From the NCBI GenBank assembly GCA_964016885.1, contig OZ024760.1:28768001-28832000 (forward strand): 64,000 bases of DNA, in the 5' to 3' direction. The first letter of the stretch is position 1, and each line of letters opens with the position of its first letter. Source of the DNA: Eledone cirrhosa. Its lineage: Eukaryota. The translations under genes and the position numbers were made by a program. This document shows positions 13,455 to 26,699 of this stretch, in pieces. The notes below the pieces were generated by a model. It had not been told where the DNA came from. It was given only the letters and a program-made list of their open reading frames with translations, and ran no database searches.

Positions 13455-15415
13455 TTCCCACAATAGTAACTTGTGTATAACTTACTCTACTGTGTCTCCC
13501 ATACGATAGTTCCCACAATAGTACCTTGTGTATAACTTACTCTACTGTGTCTCCCACAATAGTACCTCATGTATAACTTACTCTCCTGTGTCTCCCACAA
13601 GATAGTTCCCACAATAGTACCTCGTGTATAACTTACTCTACTGTGTCTCCCACAATAGTACCTCGTGTATAACTTACTCTACTGTGTCTCCCACAATAGT
13701 ACCTCGTGTATAACTTACTCTACTGTGTCTCCCACAAGATAGTTCCCACAATAGTACCTCGTGTATAACTTACTCTACTGTGTCTCCCACAAGATAGTTC
13801 CCACAATAGTACCTCATGTATAACTTACTCTACTGTGTCTCCCACAAGATAGTTCCCACAATAGTACCTCATCTATAACTTACTCTACTGTGTCTCCCAC
13901 AAGATAGTTCCCACAATAGTACCTTGTGTATAACTTACTCTACTGTGTCTCCCACACGATAGTTCCAACAATAGTACCTCATGTATAACTTACTCTACTG
14001 TGTCTCCCACAAGATAGTTCCAACAATAGTACCTCATGTATAACTTACTCTACTGTGTCTCCCACAAGATAGTTCCCACAATAGTACCTTGTGTATAACC
14101 TACTCTACTGTGTCTCCCACAATAGTACCTCATGTATAACTTACTCTACTGTGTCTCCCACACGATAGTTCCCACAATAGTACCTCATGTATAACTTACT
14201 CTACTGTGTCTCCCACAAGATAGTTCCAACAATAGTACCTCATGTATAACTTACTCTACTGTGTCTCCCACAAGATAGTTCCCACAATAGTACCTTGTGT
14301 ATAACTTACTCTACTGTGTCTCCCACAAGATAGTTCCAACAATAGTACCTCATGTATAACTTACTCTACTGTGTCTCCCACAAGATAGTTCCAACAATAG
14401 TACCTCATGTATAACTTACTCTACTGTGTCTCCCACAAGATAGTTCCCACAATAGTACCTTGTGTATAACTTACTCTACTGTGTCTCCCACAATAGTACC
14501 TCGTGTATAACTTACTCTACTGTGTCTCCCACAAGATAGTTCCCACAATAGTACCTCATGTATAACTTACTCTACTGTGTCTCCCACAAGATAGTTCCCA
14601 CAATAGTACCTCATGTATAACTTACTCTACTGTGTCTCCCACAAGATAGTTCCAACAATAGTACCTTGTGTATAACTTACTCTACTGTGTCTCCCACAAT
14701 AGTACCTCATGTATAACTTACTCTACTGTGTCTCCCACAAGATAGTTCCCACAATAGTACCTCGTGTATAACTTACTCTACTGTGTCTCCCACAATAGTA
14801 CCTCGTGTATAACTTACTCTACTGTGTCTCCCACAAGATAGTTCCCACAATAGTACCTCGTGTATAACTTACTCTACTGTGTCTCCCACAATAGTACCTT
14901 GTGTATAACTTACTCTACTGTGTCTCCCACAAGATAGTTCCCACAATAGTACCTCGTGTATAACTTACTCTACTGTGTCTCCCACAATAGTACCTTGTGT
15001 ATAACTTACTCTACTGTGTCTCCCACAAGATAGTTCCCACAATAGTACCTCGTGTATAACTTACTCTACTGTGTCTCCCACACTATAGTTCCAACAATAG
15101 TACCTCATGTATAACTTACTCTACTGTGTCTCCCACACTATAGTTCCCACAATAGTACCTTGTGTATAACTTACTCTACTGTGTCTCCCACTAGATAGTT
15201 TCCACAATAGTACCTCGTGTATAACTTACTCTACTGTGTCTCCCACAAGATAGTTCCCACAATAGTACCTCATGTATAACTTACTCTACTGTGTCTCCCA
15301 CAATAGTACCTTGTGTATAACTTACTCTACTGTGTCTCCCACAATAGTACCTCGTGTATAACTTACTCTACTGTGTCTCCCATAAGTTCCCACAATAGTA
15401 ACTTGTGTATAACTC
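13455..15415. repeat. 41/55 bp two-variant minisatellite
   Basis: Core CCCACAATAGTACCTCGTGTATAACTTACTCTACTGTGTCT with or without a 14 bp CCCACAAGATAGTT module. Confidence 0.97.
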
Positions 15416-15949
15416 CCTGCTTACTTCTCCAGCAATGCACCAGAAGTCCTAACAGTCTTTGAGCAACTGCAGTTATTATCTTGGACAAGTTTCTCTATAA
15501 ACGTTCATCTAACCATAGAAAAATCACCTCCAAATATCTTGTCCAACCCATGCCAATATGGAACATCTTAAACTCTACCTTGAGATTGGAGGAAAAGATA
15601 AAGTGGAATAATGGAAATATTTGGAAAATATTTTTTATCTTAAAATGTTAAATTATTTGTGAGTAAATCTCATTAAATTGAGTTAATTATACAAGATATC
15701 TTCTGATAATGTTATTGTTTCATTTCCTCCTCCACCCCCTCCTCCTCCTCATTGTAGCCATCACCATCACCACTATCACCACCACCACTACCACCATCAC
15801 CACTACCACCATCACCACCACCATCACCACCACTACCAGCACCTATACCACCACCACCACCACCACCACCACCATCACCACCACCACACCACCACCACCA
15901 CCACCACTTAGATCTAGCTATTAGTCTGTTGGTGTATATATCATGTCTA

Positions 15950-16505
15950 TAACACTGTGATATATATATCTATATATACAACACTGTAGTATATATATTT
16001 ACACCACTGTAGTATATATATCTACAAGGCTAGTATATATATCTACAAGACTAGTATATATATCTACACCACTGTGGTATATATATCTACACCACTGTAG
16101 TATATATATCTACACCACTGTGGTATATATATCTACACCACTGTAGTATATATATCTACAAGACTGTAGTATATATATCTACAAGACTGTAGTATATATA
16201 TCTACACCACTGTAGTATATATATCTACAAGACTGTAGTATATATATCTACAAGACTGTAGTATATATATCTACACCACTGTAGTATATATATCTACACC
16301 ACTGTAGTATATATATCTACACCACTGTAGTATATATATCTACACCACTGTAGTATATATATCTACACCACTAGTATATATATCTACAAGACTAGTATAT
16401 ATATATCTACAAGACTGTAGTGTATATATCTACACCACTGTAGTATATATATCTACACCACTGTGGTATATATATCTACGCCACTGTAGTATATATATCT
16501 ATAAC
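15950..16505. repeat. 23 bp minisatellite
   Basis: CTACACCACTGTAGTATATATAT units, each with a CTACA/TGTAG hairpin. Confidence 0.95.
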
Positions 16506-16996
16506 ACAGCTTCTAACCTATCTCCCCTCCATAACTCTGCTATATATTATATAATACCAGTTCTGTTCTTCTCTCCTATATCTCCATACCAATATTGATC
16601 ACTGATCACCAAACTTCTCTTCTTCATGTATTACCATCTTAGATTCATCATCTTCATGGCATCGTCTGCGTTTTACTAGTTTCGCTTTCTTTTCGTTTCT
16701 TTTGGTTTGGTTTCCTTTGGTTTGTTTTGTTTTGGTTTGTTTTGTCGTCTTTAAACCATCAATGAATATATTTCTTTTCAACTGAAATGATTTACTGACA
16801 CACTCACACAGGCACATACACACACACAGACTCTCTCTTATACACACAGACACAGACTCTCTCAACTTGATGTCGGATTAAAATCACAATGAGAAAAACT
16901 ATACAACCTTCAGGAAAAACCTTACAAAGAATATATATATATATATATACACATCATCGTTTTATGTCTATCTTTCACAGTAATATGAATATATGC

Positions 16997-17028
<32 letters not shown>

Positions 17029-17040
17029 CTGTGTATATGT

Positions 17041-17413
17041 ATCATCATCATTTTACGTCCGCTTTTCCCTGCTTGCAAGGGTGGGACGGGAACTGATTCT
17101 GGCTTGATTTCTACAGCTGAATACCCTTCCTAACACCAACCTGAGTGCTGGCTGCTTTTTTTTCCGTGGCGCCTACACGTCCACTTTACAGTGTGGGCTG
17201 GGTGCTTTTTTGCCGTGGCACCTCTACGACCACTTTGCAGTGGAATGATAGGGATCCCAGTCCCTATCATCTCATTTCTACAGCTGAGTAAACTGGAGCA
17301 ATGTGAAATAAAGTGTTTGCTCAAGGAAACAACACATCACCCCGTCTGAGAATTGAACTCACAACCTTTCGATTGCAAGCCCAATGATCTAACCTCTAAG
17401 CCATGTGCCTCCA
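17041..17413 (-). mobile_element. tRNA-derived SINE copy
   Basis: Same family as 4225-4570, with a duplicated internal module. Confidence 0.9.
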
Positions 17414-17726
17414 TGTATATATATATGTATATCATCATCATCATCATCATCATCATTGTTTAACGTCTATCTTCCACGCTAGCATGGGTTTAGACGGGAA
17501 TTGTCCCACTTGAGGCAAGATTGGTTGTCTTGCTCGTATAGGACTGTCTGGCAGATATGTATGTATATATATATGTATGCATATATATATGTATGCATAT
17601 ATATATGTATGCATATATATATGTATTTATATATATATGTATATATATATATGTATATATGTATGTATATATATACATATAAATATGTATGTATGTATAT
17701 ATGTGTGTATGTATGTATGTATATAT

Positions 17727-18335
17727 GTCAGGTCACCAGTTGGTGCTACTGGTAACATGTATCCCAGTACATCCTGTCTCATGGTCGGGTCGTTGGCGAC
17801 TAAACTGGCAACCCCACCAAGGTTTCTTGGCGAGGAGGGTGACTTTGGACATCCTGCAGGACTAAAAACAAAACCTGTCAAAGGGCAAAGGAGCTCTTAA
17901 GAGTCAATGGCCATCCAAAATCACCGGGAGACATGACCCCTTAGCCTTTGTCAAGGCAGAATTCTAGGAGAAGGAAAACTCTGATATATCACCTGCAACC
18001 CTGATGGTATCCAATGATGTTGACTTGTTATTCTTTTTGGTAAATATCATCTTGGTTAAGAGAATGGGACTGGCTTTGTGCAGTGCCTTTGCTCACTATA
18101 AAAGCTTCATGGCACAGGCATTGCTTTATATCTGGATATCTCTCTGCACTTGTCATCACAGGGTACAATGGGCCCAGCACTATGTGTCAGTAATTGTCAC
18201 AAGTGTAGTGTTTGTACCAGAGTTTTTAAGTCGCTGGCTGGACTAAAAAGTCACACTCGTTCAGCGCATCAGTAGGGGTTCTCCTACATGGATATAAAGT
18301 AGTGGCCGTACTCGAAAACGAGTTGGCAGCCACCA
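17727..18335 (+). mobile_element. non-coding RTE-associated retroelement with a twister-like 5' head and (ATGT)n tail
   Basis: Near-identical copy at 54267-54835 and a 3' fragment at 33655-33837; CTAGGAGAAGGAAAACTCTGA resembles RTE 5' UTRs (from memory); 3' hairpin CTCG-AAAA-CGAG before the tail. Confidence 0.7.
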
Positions 18336-18344
18336 TGTATGTGT

Positions 18345-18612
18345 GTATGGATTTATGTTCTGGTTTTATAATTTCACAAAGTTTTACCAATAGAGAGAGA
18401 GTCGGTTTCTAACATAGACACAAGACTCTCTCATTGGAATTTACACAATATCTGCTAGGTAGATATGTATGTATGTCTGCATGTGTAGATATGGATGTTA
18501 TTGTATGTGTGGATGTGTATGTTTTGAGTTGTATGTGTGCATGTGTATATGCTTTGTATCTGTACATGTGTATATGCAGTTATTAGATGCAAAATGTTTG
18601 GAATGTTTTACA
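18345..18612 (-). mobile_element. 3' end of R4/Dong-like LINE (copy of 26715-26972)
   Basis: Near-identical to the 3' UTR and ORF end of the element at 26700-27860. Confidence 0.8.
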
Positions 18613-18659
18613 TGTATGTATGTATATATATGTATGTATGTATATATGTATGTATGTAT

Positions 18660-19137
18660 GCACCCAGTACAACCTGTCTCATGGTCGGGTCTTCAGCGAC
18701 TAAACCGGCAACTCCACCAATATTACTTGGTGAGGAGGGTGATTTTGGATACCCTACAAGACAAAAAACAAAACCTGACAAAGGGCGGAAGAACTCATAA
18801 GAGTCAACGGCCATCTGAAACTGTGCTGCACAGTTAAACCACTGGGAGTGAAGGACCCCTAGCCTTTGTCAGGGCATTCTTCTAGGAGAAGGCAACTCAG
18901 GAAACTGGGATAACTCCGATATAAAACCTGCGACTCAGTAGTTACCGATGATGTTGATCTTTTCTTCTTTTCGGGTTAGAGCTACTGTGGCTCAGAGAGT
19001 GGGATTGGCTCAGTGCACAGTCTTTCCTCACTTTAAAATATATCTTCACACAGGCATTGCACAATAGAATTAATTAATAATTATTAATAAGGGTATATCG
19101 TGCAATGGCCATACTTGATAACGAGGGGGAAGCCATC
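18660..19137 (+). mobile_element. second subfamily of the twister-headed non-coding element
   Basis: 5' part homologous to 17763-17900 with a different 3' part; that 3' end recurs inverted at ~7415-7510 and at 61131-61170. Confidence 0.65.
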
Positions 19138-19144
19138 TTGTATG

Positions 19145-19177
<33 letters not shown>

Positions 19178-19216
19178 GTATGTATGTATGTATATATGTA
19201 TGTATGTATATATATG

Positions 19217-19335
19217 TATGTTGTGCTCATAACGACGAAGGACCATGACAAATGGAGAGATGTTGTGCTGAAGAGGACCCGTCCCACCCTTGCAAGCGGG
19301 GAAAAGCAGACGTAAAATGGTGATGATGATGATGT
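19217..19335 (+). mobile_element. RTE 3' tail fragment (another at 57402-57551)
   Basis: Matches the reverse complement of 757-905. Confidence 0.85.
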
Positions 19336-20221
19336 TATATATATATCATGTATATATTTATATATATATATATATATGGCCCTATGGCTCAGAAGGCTCG
19401 AATCACATCAGTGTCAAGTTCATTAACTGCTTTGCCCCCACCCCTCCCACTGTAAAATGGACGTGGAGGTGCCACGGCAAAAAAGCACCCAGCACTCACT
19501 GTAAATGAGGTTGGTGTTAGGAAGGGCATCCAGCTGTAGAAATCAAGCCAGAATCAGTTCCCATATGAGCAAGACAAGGTCAGTCGACTGGGCACTGCGC
19601 ACAACAGGACAACTCGTCTAACCCATGCTTGCATGGAAGAATGGACGTATGAAGTACACTAAGACTAGCTGATGTAATCGTTGGCCTTGTTTGTTTATAT
19701 TTTGTTTTTGTGTATGCAAAAAATATCTGTACACGAATATCTATATTAAAATAACAGATTAAAGTTTAAGCAAAGAATCGCTGCTTTCAACCTTAATGGG
19801 ATCTTCTGAAACTAAAAAAATCAACCTGTGAACGCAGATGTAAATATTTCGAAAAACGTTGCAACCGAAGTAAAACAGGAAGACAATACTTTGGTTCGTG
19901 AAAATGTTCCCTGGCATAAGAATATATATATATAACGAAGGAAATATGGTAAGGAACCAGGTGGACCATAACGCACCAAAGTACTCAATACTTAGGGTAG
20001 TAGAGTGGGTAATAAGAACCAGTAAGACCCCGACGGCAGAGCTCAAGCCGTTTCGACGGCTAATTCATATATATATATATACACACACACACACTATATA
20101 TGCATATATATACACACACACACACTGTCATAATGACGTAATGCAGACAGCCAGACATACAGACAGATATTATACGGGCGCAACGTTATATTTATGTATC
20201 TATCTAAAAGGAGAAAGACTA

Positions 20222-20420
20222 AGAATTATAGACAGAGATCGCTAAATCGCCTAATGCAGTGCCTACTGCATTGAAAATTTGAAATTTATTTTGCTCAAAA
20301 CACGCACAGGACCATAAGTATTACATGTGTAAAGTTTGAAAAAACTCTGTTGGGTGGTTCTCGAGTTTTAGTGATTGGACAGACAGACAGACAGACATTC
20401 TCTGTTTTAGTAATATATAT
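20222..20420 (-). mobile_element. probable non-autonomous Helitron 5' fragment
   Basis: Minus strand starts TATATATTACTAAAACAGAGAATGTCTGTCTGTCTG, like the 5' end of the element at 29736. Confidence 0.45.
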
Positions 20421-20445
20421 ACGTATATATATATATATATATATA

Positions 20446-20780
20446 TACAATATATTAACAAATGGAAACTATATTTATAAAACCATATTTATTTCATTAT
20501 ACATATTTCAAGGACACCAAAGCAAATTATGGTGCGCTTTCATCAGATAAAATATAATATGGATCAGTTTTATAAACAAATATTGACATACCCTATCTGG
20601 GAGCTTCCAACAGACATGGTCGCATTCTTTAAGGGTATGTCAATATTTGTTTATAAAACTGATCTATATTATATTTTATCTGATGAAAGCGCACCATAAT
20701 TTGCTTTGGTGTCCTTGAAATATGTATAATGAAATAAATATGGTTTTATAAATATAATTTCCATTTGTTAATATATTGTA
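20446..20780. repeat. fold-back inverted repeat (~149 bp arms, ~37 bp spacer), Penelope pLTR-like
   Basis: 20446-20594 is the reverse complement of 20632-20780; one hammerhead per arm; a related single copy lies at 33415-33640. Confidence 0.9.
20672..20736 (+). ncRNA. minimal type I hammerhead (mirror copy on - at 20490-20554)
   Basis: TATTTTAT-CTGATGA-AAGCGCACCA...TGGTGTCCTT-GAAA-TATGTA-TA-ATGAAATA. Confidence 0.8.
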
Positions 20781-20867
20781 TTTTTACTCCAAAAATTTTG
20801 TTGAGTGCTTTATATCAGTTATAAAAATATTTGCTTGTTGTATCCCAACAATTTAAATATAACTTCA

Positions 20868-21207
20868 TTCATTTCATTATTTCATTTTACGTCCACTTTT
20901 CCCTGCTTGCAAGGGTGGGACGGGAACTGATTCTGGCTTGATTTCTACAGCTGGATGCCCTTCCTAACACCAACCTCATTTACAGTGAGTGCTGGGTGCT
21001 TTTTTGCCGTGGCACCTCCACGACCACTTTGCAGTGGAATGATAGGGACCCCAGTCCCTATCATCTGATTTCTACAGCTGAGTAAACTGGAGCAATGTGA
21101 AATAAAGTGTCTTGCTCAAGGAAACAACACATCACCCGGTCTGAGGATTGAACTCACAACCTTTCGATTGCAAGGCCAATTCTCTAACTACTAAGCCATG
21201 TGCCTCC
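20868..21207 (-). mobile_element. tRNA-derived SINE copy
   Basis: Full-length member of the 4225-4570 family. Confidence 0.9.
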
Positions 21208-23392
21208 TATATATATAAAATCAAGAGAGTGTATTAATTACATGTAGGAACACATACTTTTATTATATATATATCTATTATATATATATATATTATATAT
21301 ATGTATATTATATATATATCTATTATATATATATATTATATATATGTGTGTGTGTATAAAATGTTAAGAGTTGTGATGGTTGATAACTGACTTCTCTGAA
21401 GGTTAGGCTGGTGTGGTCAGGAGGAGGGAGGGGGTCAGGAAGAGGGGATAGTGTGGTGTGGTCAGGAAGGGGTGGTGGGGTGGGATAGGGGGGAAATTAC
21501 TGTACTATTAATGGTGATAATAATAATTGATTGACTAATACCTTTATTGTTGTTGAAGATGATGATGATGGAGGTGGTGATGATGGTGGTGGTGGGGTGG
21601 TGTTGCTAGTGATGATGGTGGTGGTGGTGGTGGTGTTGATGGTAATGATTGTGGTAATGATGATGGTGATGAAAGTGGTAGAGGTGGTGGAGGTGTGGTT
21701 TTGATAGCAGATATCAGATATTTCTGTAAACTGTTAAGTGATAACAACAACCTGTGTGAGGGGGAGATAGAGAGAGTGTGTGTGGGTAGGAAGAGAGTGT
21801 GAGGTAGAGAGAGAGAGAGTGAGGGAGAGGACAGAGTGTGTGGGGAGGAAGAGATGAGAAAGTAAGGAAAGAGAGAGAGGGAAATAAGAGAGAAAGATAA
21901 GACAAAGAGAGAGTGAGTGAAGAAAAAGCGAGAGAGAGGACAGTGGGGAGAGAGAGGAGGATAGGGGGAAGATAAGTGAGGGAAAGAAAGTGAAGAGAGA
22001 GAGAGAATGGAGAGAGAGAAAGATAAGACAAAGAGAGAGTGAGTGAAGAAAAAGCGAGAGAGAGGACAGTGGGGAGAGAGAGGAGGATAGGGGGAAGATA
22101 AGTGAGGGAAAGAAAGTGAAGAGAGAGAGAGAATGGAGAGAGGGAAAGACGAGAGAGAGTAAGAAGGAAAGACGAGAGAGAGGGAGAGACAACAGAGAGT
22201 AAGAAGGAAAGATGAGAGAGAGGGAAGAAAGTGAAAAGAGAGAGAATGGAGAGTGGGAGAGAGAGTAAGAAGGAAAGACGAGAGAGAGAAAGGAAGATGG
22301 GAGAATGGAAGAAAGAATAAAAGAGAGAAAGAAGTGTTGTTGTTGGTGGAGTTGAGAAAACTGCTCAAGGCCAACATAATGTAAATTGAATGACAACTTT
22401 TAATGGAGAGATTTTGGCAGCTAGACATGTTGGCTGGTTTTGGTTGTATTGTTGCTGTTTTGAGGGGGTTGAGGTACTATTTTTAGCATTTATTGAGGTG
22501 CCTTTTGGCTGTTTTTAGAGCCAAAAGGTTGGCTTGATTTGGGGGTGGGGGGCTCATTTGGAGGGATTTTGTTAGTGTTTTCATTTTTGGTGTCTTTTAT
22601 GGTTTTTTGGAGGTTTTTTTTTTTTAATTAATTTTTTGTTTTGGGGTGATTTTTCGTGGGTGGTGGTGGTGGTGTGTGTGTGTGTGTGTGGGGGGCTTGG
22701 TTTTTGGCGTTTTTTATGGTTTTCTTGAATGTTTTTGTTGTTTTTTATTAATTTTTTTGTGTGTTTTGAGGTACTTTTTGTGTTTATGGCAGTTTTTGGC
22801 TGTTTTTTGGTGGTTTGGGGTTTTTAAGGGATTTTGGTGTCTTTGTTTTTGTGTTTTTTTGTGTTTTTTAGTTTTTCTTTTTTTATTTCGGTTTTTGTGT
22901 TTTTGGCTGGATTTGGTTGTTTTTGATGTTGTTGTTGTATAAGAGGGGTGGAGAGTGGAGTATGTGTGGTGGGGGAGTGGAGAAGGGTATGTGTGGTGAA
23001 GGAGTGGAGTAGGGTACGTGTGTGTGGTGGGGGAGTGGAGTAGGGTATGTGTGGTGGGGGAGTGGAGTATGGTATGTGTATGTGGTGGTGTTGTGGAGTG
23101 TGAACAAACTATTGTGGATCTGTTGATCTGTTTCTACCAGTTGTTGATCTGTTTCTACGAGTTGTTGATCTGGTCTTATTGAGAGGGTGGCTCACTGCCA
23201 TGTACAGTGACATCTGGTGAGAGTCAACGGTCACCTTTCAAAACCTTTCAGCATCCTGCACTTTGCCCACCAACGTTGTCTCCCCTCTAGTGTAATATCA
23301 GTAACGAACTAGGGGAAATTTAATCGATTTTCCCCTCCCCCAAAATTGCTGGCCTTGTGTCTATATCAGAAACCATTATTGATATTATTATT

Positions 23393-23575
23393 GGCAGAAT
23401 CAGCAGAGCGTCGGACGCCATGTTTTGCAGCTTAGAGTTACGGCCCTTTACTGTCTGAGTTCAAATCCCGCCGATGTTAACTTTGTCTTTCATCCTTACG
23501 GGGTCGATAAAATAAAGTACCAGTAATACACTGGAGGTGATTGCTGGCCTTGTGCTAAAAGTAGAAATTATTATT
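23393..23575 (+). mobile_element. second SINE family with a Nin/Deu-like central domain (other copies at 39770-39895 -, 44015-44098 +, 48440-48725 -, 52933-53095 -, 63245-63430 -)
   Basis: GAGTTCAAATCCC B box followed by CTTTCATCCTTACGGGGTCGATAAAATAAAGTACCAG and an AT-rich (ATT)n tail; domain name assigned from memory. Confidence 0.75.
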
Positions 23576-23587
23576 AGTGATACTAAT

Positions 23588-23940
23588 ATTAGTATATACA
23601 CAGTGTACCTAGGAGTACATTAGTATATACACAGTGTACCTAGGAGTACATTAGTATATACACAGTGTATCTAGGAGTACATTAGTATATACACAGTGTA
23701 TCTAGGAGTACATTAGTATATACACAGTGTACCTTGGAGTACATTAGTATATACACAGTGTATCTAGGAGTACATTAGTATATACACAGTGTATCTAGGA
23801 GTACATTAGTATATACACAGTGTACCTTGGAGTACATTAGTATATACACAGTGTACCTAGGAGTACATTAGTATATACACAGTGTATCTAGGAGTACATT
23901 AGTATATACACAGTGTATCTAGGAGTACATTAGTATATAC
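23588..23940. repeat. 31 bp minisatellite, about 11 copies
   Basis: ATTAGTATATACACAGTGTACCTAGGAGTAC units. Confidence 0.97.
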
Positions 23941-24352
23941 TTTCTTTCGTTCTCTCTTTCGCTCTCTATTTCTTTTTTTCAATGACACATTTTCCCCCTC
24001 CTTTTCTCTTGGCCATCTTCCCCCACCCCTGTCACTTACCCCCCCCCCCCACCTTTGCTTTTCTTTAATTCCTCTCCACCACCTCCACTTCTCCCTCTCT
24101 CTACCCCCCCCTTATCCCCTCCCCCACCACCCCTTCTCTTTCCCCACTTCTCCCCCACTTTTAGTTATTTTAAATTCTATTTCCAACCTTTCAACCCCCC
24201 CCGCCACCACTCTACCCCCCCCACATAGAAACCCAAATCTTCAAAAGACAGCCCCCACCCCCCTCACCTCTACACAGCTACAACAATTGACTGAGAGAGC
24301 AATAACAATAACCCTGAACCCCCCCCCCCCCAAAAAAAAACACTATATATAT

Positions 24353-24387
<35 letters not shown>

Positions 24388-25154
24388 CACTACACACACA
24401 CATATATATATATATATACACATACATATATATATATACACATACACACACATATATACACACACATATATATATACACATACACACACATATATATACA
24501 CACATACATATATATACACACACACATATATACACACACACACACATATATATATACACACACACATATATACACACACACACACATATATATATATATA
24601 CACTTTCTGACTAAACAGGGAAGTGGGGTTGCACATATATACACACACACACACATATATATATACACGCACACACACATATATATATACACTTTCTGAC
24701 TAAACAGGGAAGTGGGGTTGCTTATTCAACACACCAATCAGTAGATAATGATGCAATTCAATTGAAGCACTCAACGTCATGTTTATTTCTTCCAAACAAA
24801 ATTGGAGTATAATTAGAATAAAGAAAATATGAAGTTCTTTGTAGATGTTAAAGAGTTGTTTATTATAAACCTGTGATACGTATTTCAATGGCTACGTGAT
24901 TGTTCAGACACACAATCAGTTGCATGATCTCATCAGACAGCTTCATTATGTAATAAGGTTGTTTCCACCACCACCTCCACTACTGCTACTACCACCACCA
25001 CTACTGCTACTACCACCACCACTACTGCTACTACCACCACTACTATTACTACCACCACCACTACTGCTACCACAACCACCACCACTACTACTACCACCTC
25101 CACCACCATTACTACCACTGCTGCCACCACAACCACCACTACCACTATTACTAC

Positions 25155-25203
<49 letters not shown>

Positions 25204-26591
25204 CACTACCACTACTACTACCACCACTACCACCACCACTACTACTACTACTACGACCACCACTACTACTTCCAACCATCACTACCACCACTACTACTAC
25301 CACCACTACTACTACCACCACTACTACTACTACCACTACTACTACCACCCCTACTACTACTACCATCACCACCACCACCACCACCACCACCACCACCACC
25401 ACCACCACCACCACTACTACTACTACCACTACCACTACTACTACTACTACTGCTACCACCACCACCACCATTACTACTACTACTACCCTAACCACCTACT
25501 ACTACCACCACCACTACTACTACTAACACAGATTGTTATTTAGTTTTCTTATGTTGTTTAAACTTTTGATCTTTTCAATGTATTTGTATGACAGGAATAA
25601 CATCTCATGAAAACAACAACAACAGTTACAACAACAACAATAACAATAATAACAGTAACAACTACAACAATAACAGTAACAACAACAATACAACTACAAC
25701 AGTTACAAGAACAACATCAACAGTTACAACAACAACAACAACAACATATAAAGATAAAATTTTCAAAAAATGTAGAATTTTGACATGAAGTCTTTCTTTG
25801 AAGGTTTCTGAGGTTTTGTGTGGTTTTGTCTCTTAAAATATATTTATATACACTTATATATATTTACATATATATACATTTATATATACACTTACATATA
25901 TATATATTTATATATATACATTTATATATACACTTACATATATATATATTTATATATATACATTTATATACACACTTATATATACATTAATACATACATT
26001 AATGCACACATTTATATATACACTTACGTATATATATATTTATATATATACATTTATACATACATTTAGATACACACTTATATATATACATTAATACATA
26101 CATTAATACACACATTTATATATACATTTATATATACACTTACGTATATATATATTTATATATATACATTTATACATACATTAATATACACACTTATATA
26201 TTAATACATACATTAATACACACATTTATATATACATTTATATATACAGATAATCACACACATTTATACACACACATTTTATGCTTACATATATACATAC
26301 ATTTATATATACATTTATATATACACATTTATACACACACATTTTATGCTTACATATACGCATACACGTTAACACACATATGTACTTGTGTATGTGTGTG
26401 AGGTTTTTGTCTCTTAAAATACACACATATTTACATATACATTCACTTGTCTTAGTGTGTGTGTATGTGTGTGTATGTATGTATAATAATAATAATAATG
26501 AAATTATTGTGTACTGTGCTCAGGTGCACTACAACTGTATGTATGTATATATGTATGTATGTATATATGTATGTATAGTATGTATAGTATG

Positions 26592-26625
<34 letters not shown>

Positions 26626-26699
26626 TGTATGTATGTATGTATGTATGTATGTATGTATGTGTCTATGTATGTATAGTATGTATATGTATGTATGTATAT

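Noticed and set aside
17760-17810. HDV-like ribozyme reading (CCAGT/ACTGG, CTAA)
   Set aside because: P1 and P3 cannot be built; a twister-like reading fits more of the conserved blocks
21543-21752. Minus-strand exon with a strong acceptor
   Set aside because: All three frames stop before the donor, and the pyrimidine tract is a microsatellite
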